From: Gnetum montanum | Taxonomy: Eukaryota; Plantae; Gnetophyta | Length of the DNA: 64,000 nucleotides | Reading direction: 5' to 3' | Assembly: GCA_015680685.1 (NCBI GenBank) | Contig: MNCI01002465.1 | Location: forward strand, 747,488-811,487 | In this document: piece after piece, positions 62,025-64,000 of the stretch | How positions within the stretch are numbered: position 1 is the stretch's first letter | Layout of the letters: each line of letters starts with the position of its first letter | Translations under genes and position numbers: made by a program | Notes under the pieces: generated by a model | Database searches by the model: none | What the model saw: the letters and a program-made list of their open reading frames with translations, nothing else | Told to the model about the DNA's origin: nothing

Positions 62025-64000
62025 GTCTATTGTGGTTGTTTCCCAAGAAACGTGCACTGAGACACTGGGCTACATCCCAAACATGCCTAGCATTGCCAGT
62101 TGGGGAAGAAAACCAAGACAAACCCATTTTCTACACCAAACTGCCTTACCAGTTTGTGGAACCTAAAGTAAAATCGTTACCCCGACCAAGGAAAATACGC
62201 GCTCTTCCTGGGGAAGGTCACTTTGCCGAGCCATGCCATACCAAAATGTGTTAGATAAATCTATCGCGCCTGTCCATGCCATTTCATATGCCATACGAAA
62301 TAGGGATCCATACGTTCAAGATTCAGCTGGAGTGATCTTGTGGATAACTTAGGGCATGCGTAATGTCCGAGGTATGGTTCTTTCACCTCAATGATTCAGA
62401 TCAATCGATGACCTCTTGAAAGGTATTCCAAAACACTTAGATGCCGACGGTCGCATTGTTCACTATAAGTAAATTAGTAAGCCACCTCTGGCCCAACCAG
62501 AGTTACATTATAGGGGCGACCTTCCCAATAGCATGCGTATAGGAACAACCATCGACCCGAGGAACGAAAAAGTTTAAGCATGATAGGGCGAAGCATAAGC
62601 GTTTCATAGAAATGCACACTTATTGTATGCAACATTGGTTCCTCCCAATGGTAATTGGCCGTAACCCAAGGGGTGGAGGGCGACGATAGGGGCTTTAGCC
62701 AGGGAACGACCAGGGAATCGTACATTGGAGAACAAAACTGTTTCACCCTACATTACCCTATACCATGAGACACAAACTTGTGAGTGGCTCCAGCGGGAAC
62801 AACTTTGGACCCAAAGGGTGGGGAACAATTAGTTACCCCAGTTACCCCAGTAGGGGCGGAACATCTTAGGGGTAGGAGTGCGATGGAGCTAATCATCGTC
62901 ATTGCAAGCTTACTCTCCTCGAGTGCTACCCAACTAGGTTAAGTGTCTGGATGCTAACGAATTTGGATTGTTCTTGATTTACATTCATCAAATTCAAGTT
63001 AGTAATGATTGATGCTATATTATTTATAGCCTTAACTTATATCCGACCTTACTGGAATGTCATAAATGGATGTCATCAGGTGTAGAGTTATTTGCATATC
63101 ACGAAATATTAACTTTATGGAGTAGCTGAACAAGTTGGTATTTGTGATAGCGGAGCTTCTACGGTAGTAGATATAGATGAGTCCGCATTTGATTACCCTT
63201 AGCATGTACTGGTTGCTATATTTGATGAATCCAAAATACTCAAAAATGACCAGGCTACTTGCTATATTTAAACCAACCAACCCTATCTCTACCTACTCTA
63301 CTATATAGTATTGCAATGCAACGTAGGGTAGTAGGGCAACATTAAGGTTACAATAAGTTCATTCTTCGAATTCGCTTATTGTAATGTAAGTGCACTCATT
63401 CAAAGAATGAGCTTATCCTTCGTTCCTGTCCAGAGTTGTTCCCCACCTTCGGCCATTCTACGTTCCCGTGCCTGAAGGCATCCTAAAGGTCCTTCCCCAT
63501 CCCTGAGGTGGGGGATTCCATCTAGGTTAGCCCATCAGCACAAAGGGGGACCACTACTTTGATTTAAGACATACACCTACTCCAGGGTAACGTAGGGTGA
63601 AACGAGAATTGACCAATGGGAGATTCCCTGGTCGTTCCTTGGCGTTGTGTCCCACCCTTCGAAAACAGGTTCAAGTTAGCCTACAGGTGGTATATAGCAT
63701 ACGCATCTTCAAGATAGGCTTACAGATTCAGTGCCAACAACTTCGAGTTGAAAGTCCAGCCAGTAGTAGGCGCTTCCTTATTGGGGAGCTCCTGAGGCGA
63801 GACCAGGTCAGGGAAGGATTCATAATTAATCAAGGCCCCGTTCCTTGAGCACACTAGAAGAAAGTGCTCCACTTAATATTCAATACCACCTTGCATCCTA
63901 CCAAGCAACTTGTATACCTCCAAACATGAAAAACCAACGAACATACTCGGTCTGAGGCAAGGGCAACTATTGAGGTTACCGTGCTGCATTTCCGTGAAAC

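Larger units (their letters stand above)
1576..64000. other. Large nuclear insertion of mitochondrial DNA (NUMT), interrupted by nuclear transposons; boundaries approximate and probably extends beyond the window
   Basis: Contains mitochondrial-type rps4, atp9 and trnE with C>T/G>A damage at conserved positions. One family of short hairpin repeats runs from 1892 to 64000 but was not seen inside the TSD-flanked LTR/TIR elements. Confidence 0.75.

Overview
This is plant nuclear DNA, not prokaryotic. It is a vascular plant, probably a euphyllophyte, because atp9 has no intron and rps4 starts with an editable ACG. From about 1.6 kb to the end the window reads as an old, large mitochondrial insertion (NUMT). 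It carries decayed rps4 (twice, across an assembly N), atp9 and trnE(UUC), and nearly all changes are C>T or G>A. The NUMT also holds dozens of short GC-rich hairpin repeats and at least three degenerate copies of a group II-intron-type reverse transcriptase. Nuclear elements later inserted into it: a 5'-truncated Ty1/copia (3.4-5.2 kb), a solo LTR (8851-9756), a non-autonomous TIR element (12816-14273) and a full-length 17.4-kb Ty3/gypsy Tat/Ogre-type element on the minus strand (15130-32558). Two observations stand out. (1) The Ogre-like gag-pol appears split by a 5.8-kb GT-AG intron between protease and RT, and that intron contains an antisense multi-exon gene encoding an FCP1/NIF-type HAD phosphatase-like domain plus a mobile-element domain, a coiled coil and an acidic tail. 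(2) A 33-bp hairpin element inserts cleanly, with no visible TSD, immediately 5' of CCT. Three such insertions sit in one RT copy and paralogous RT copies show the empty sites. All domain calls are by-eye motif recognition, not database searches.
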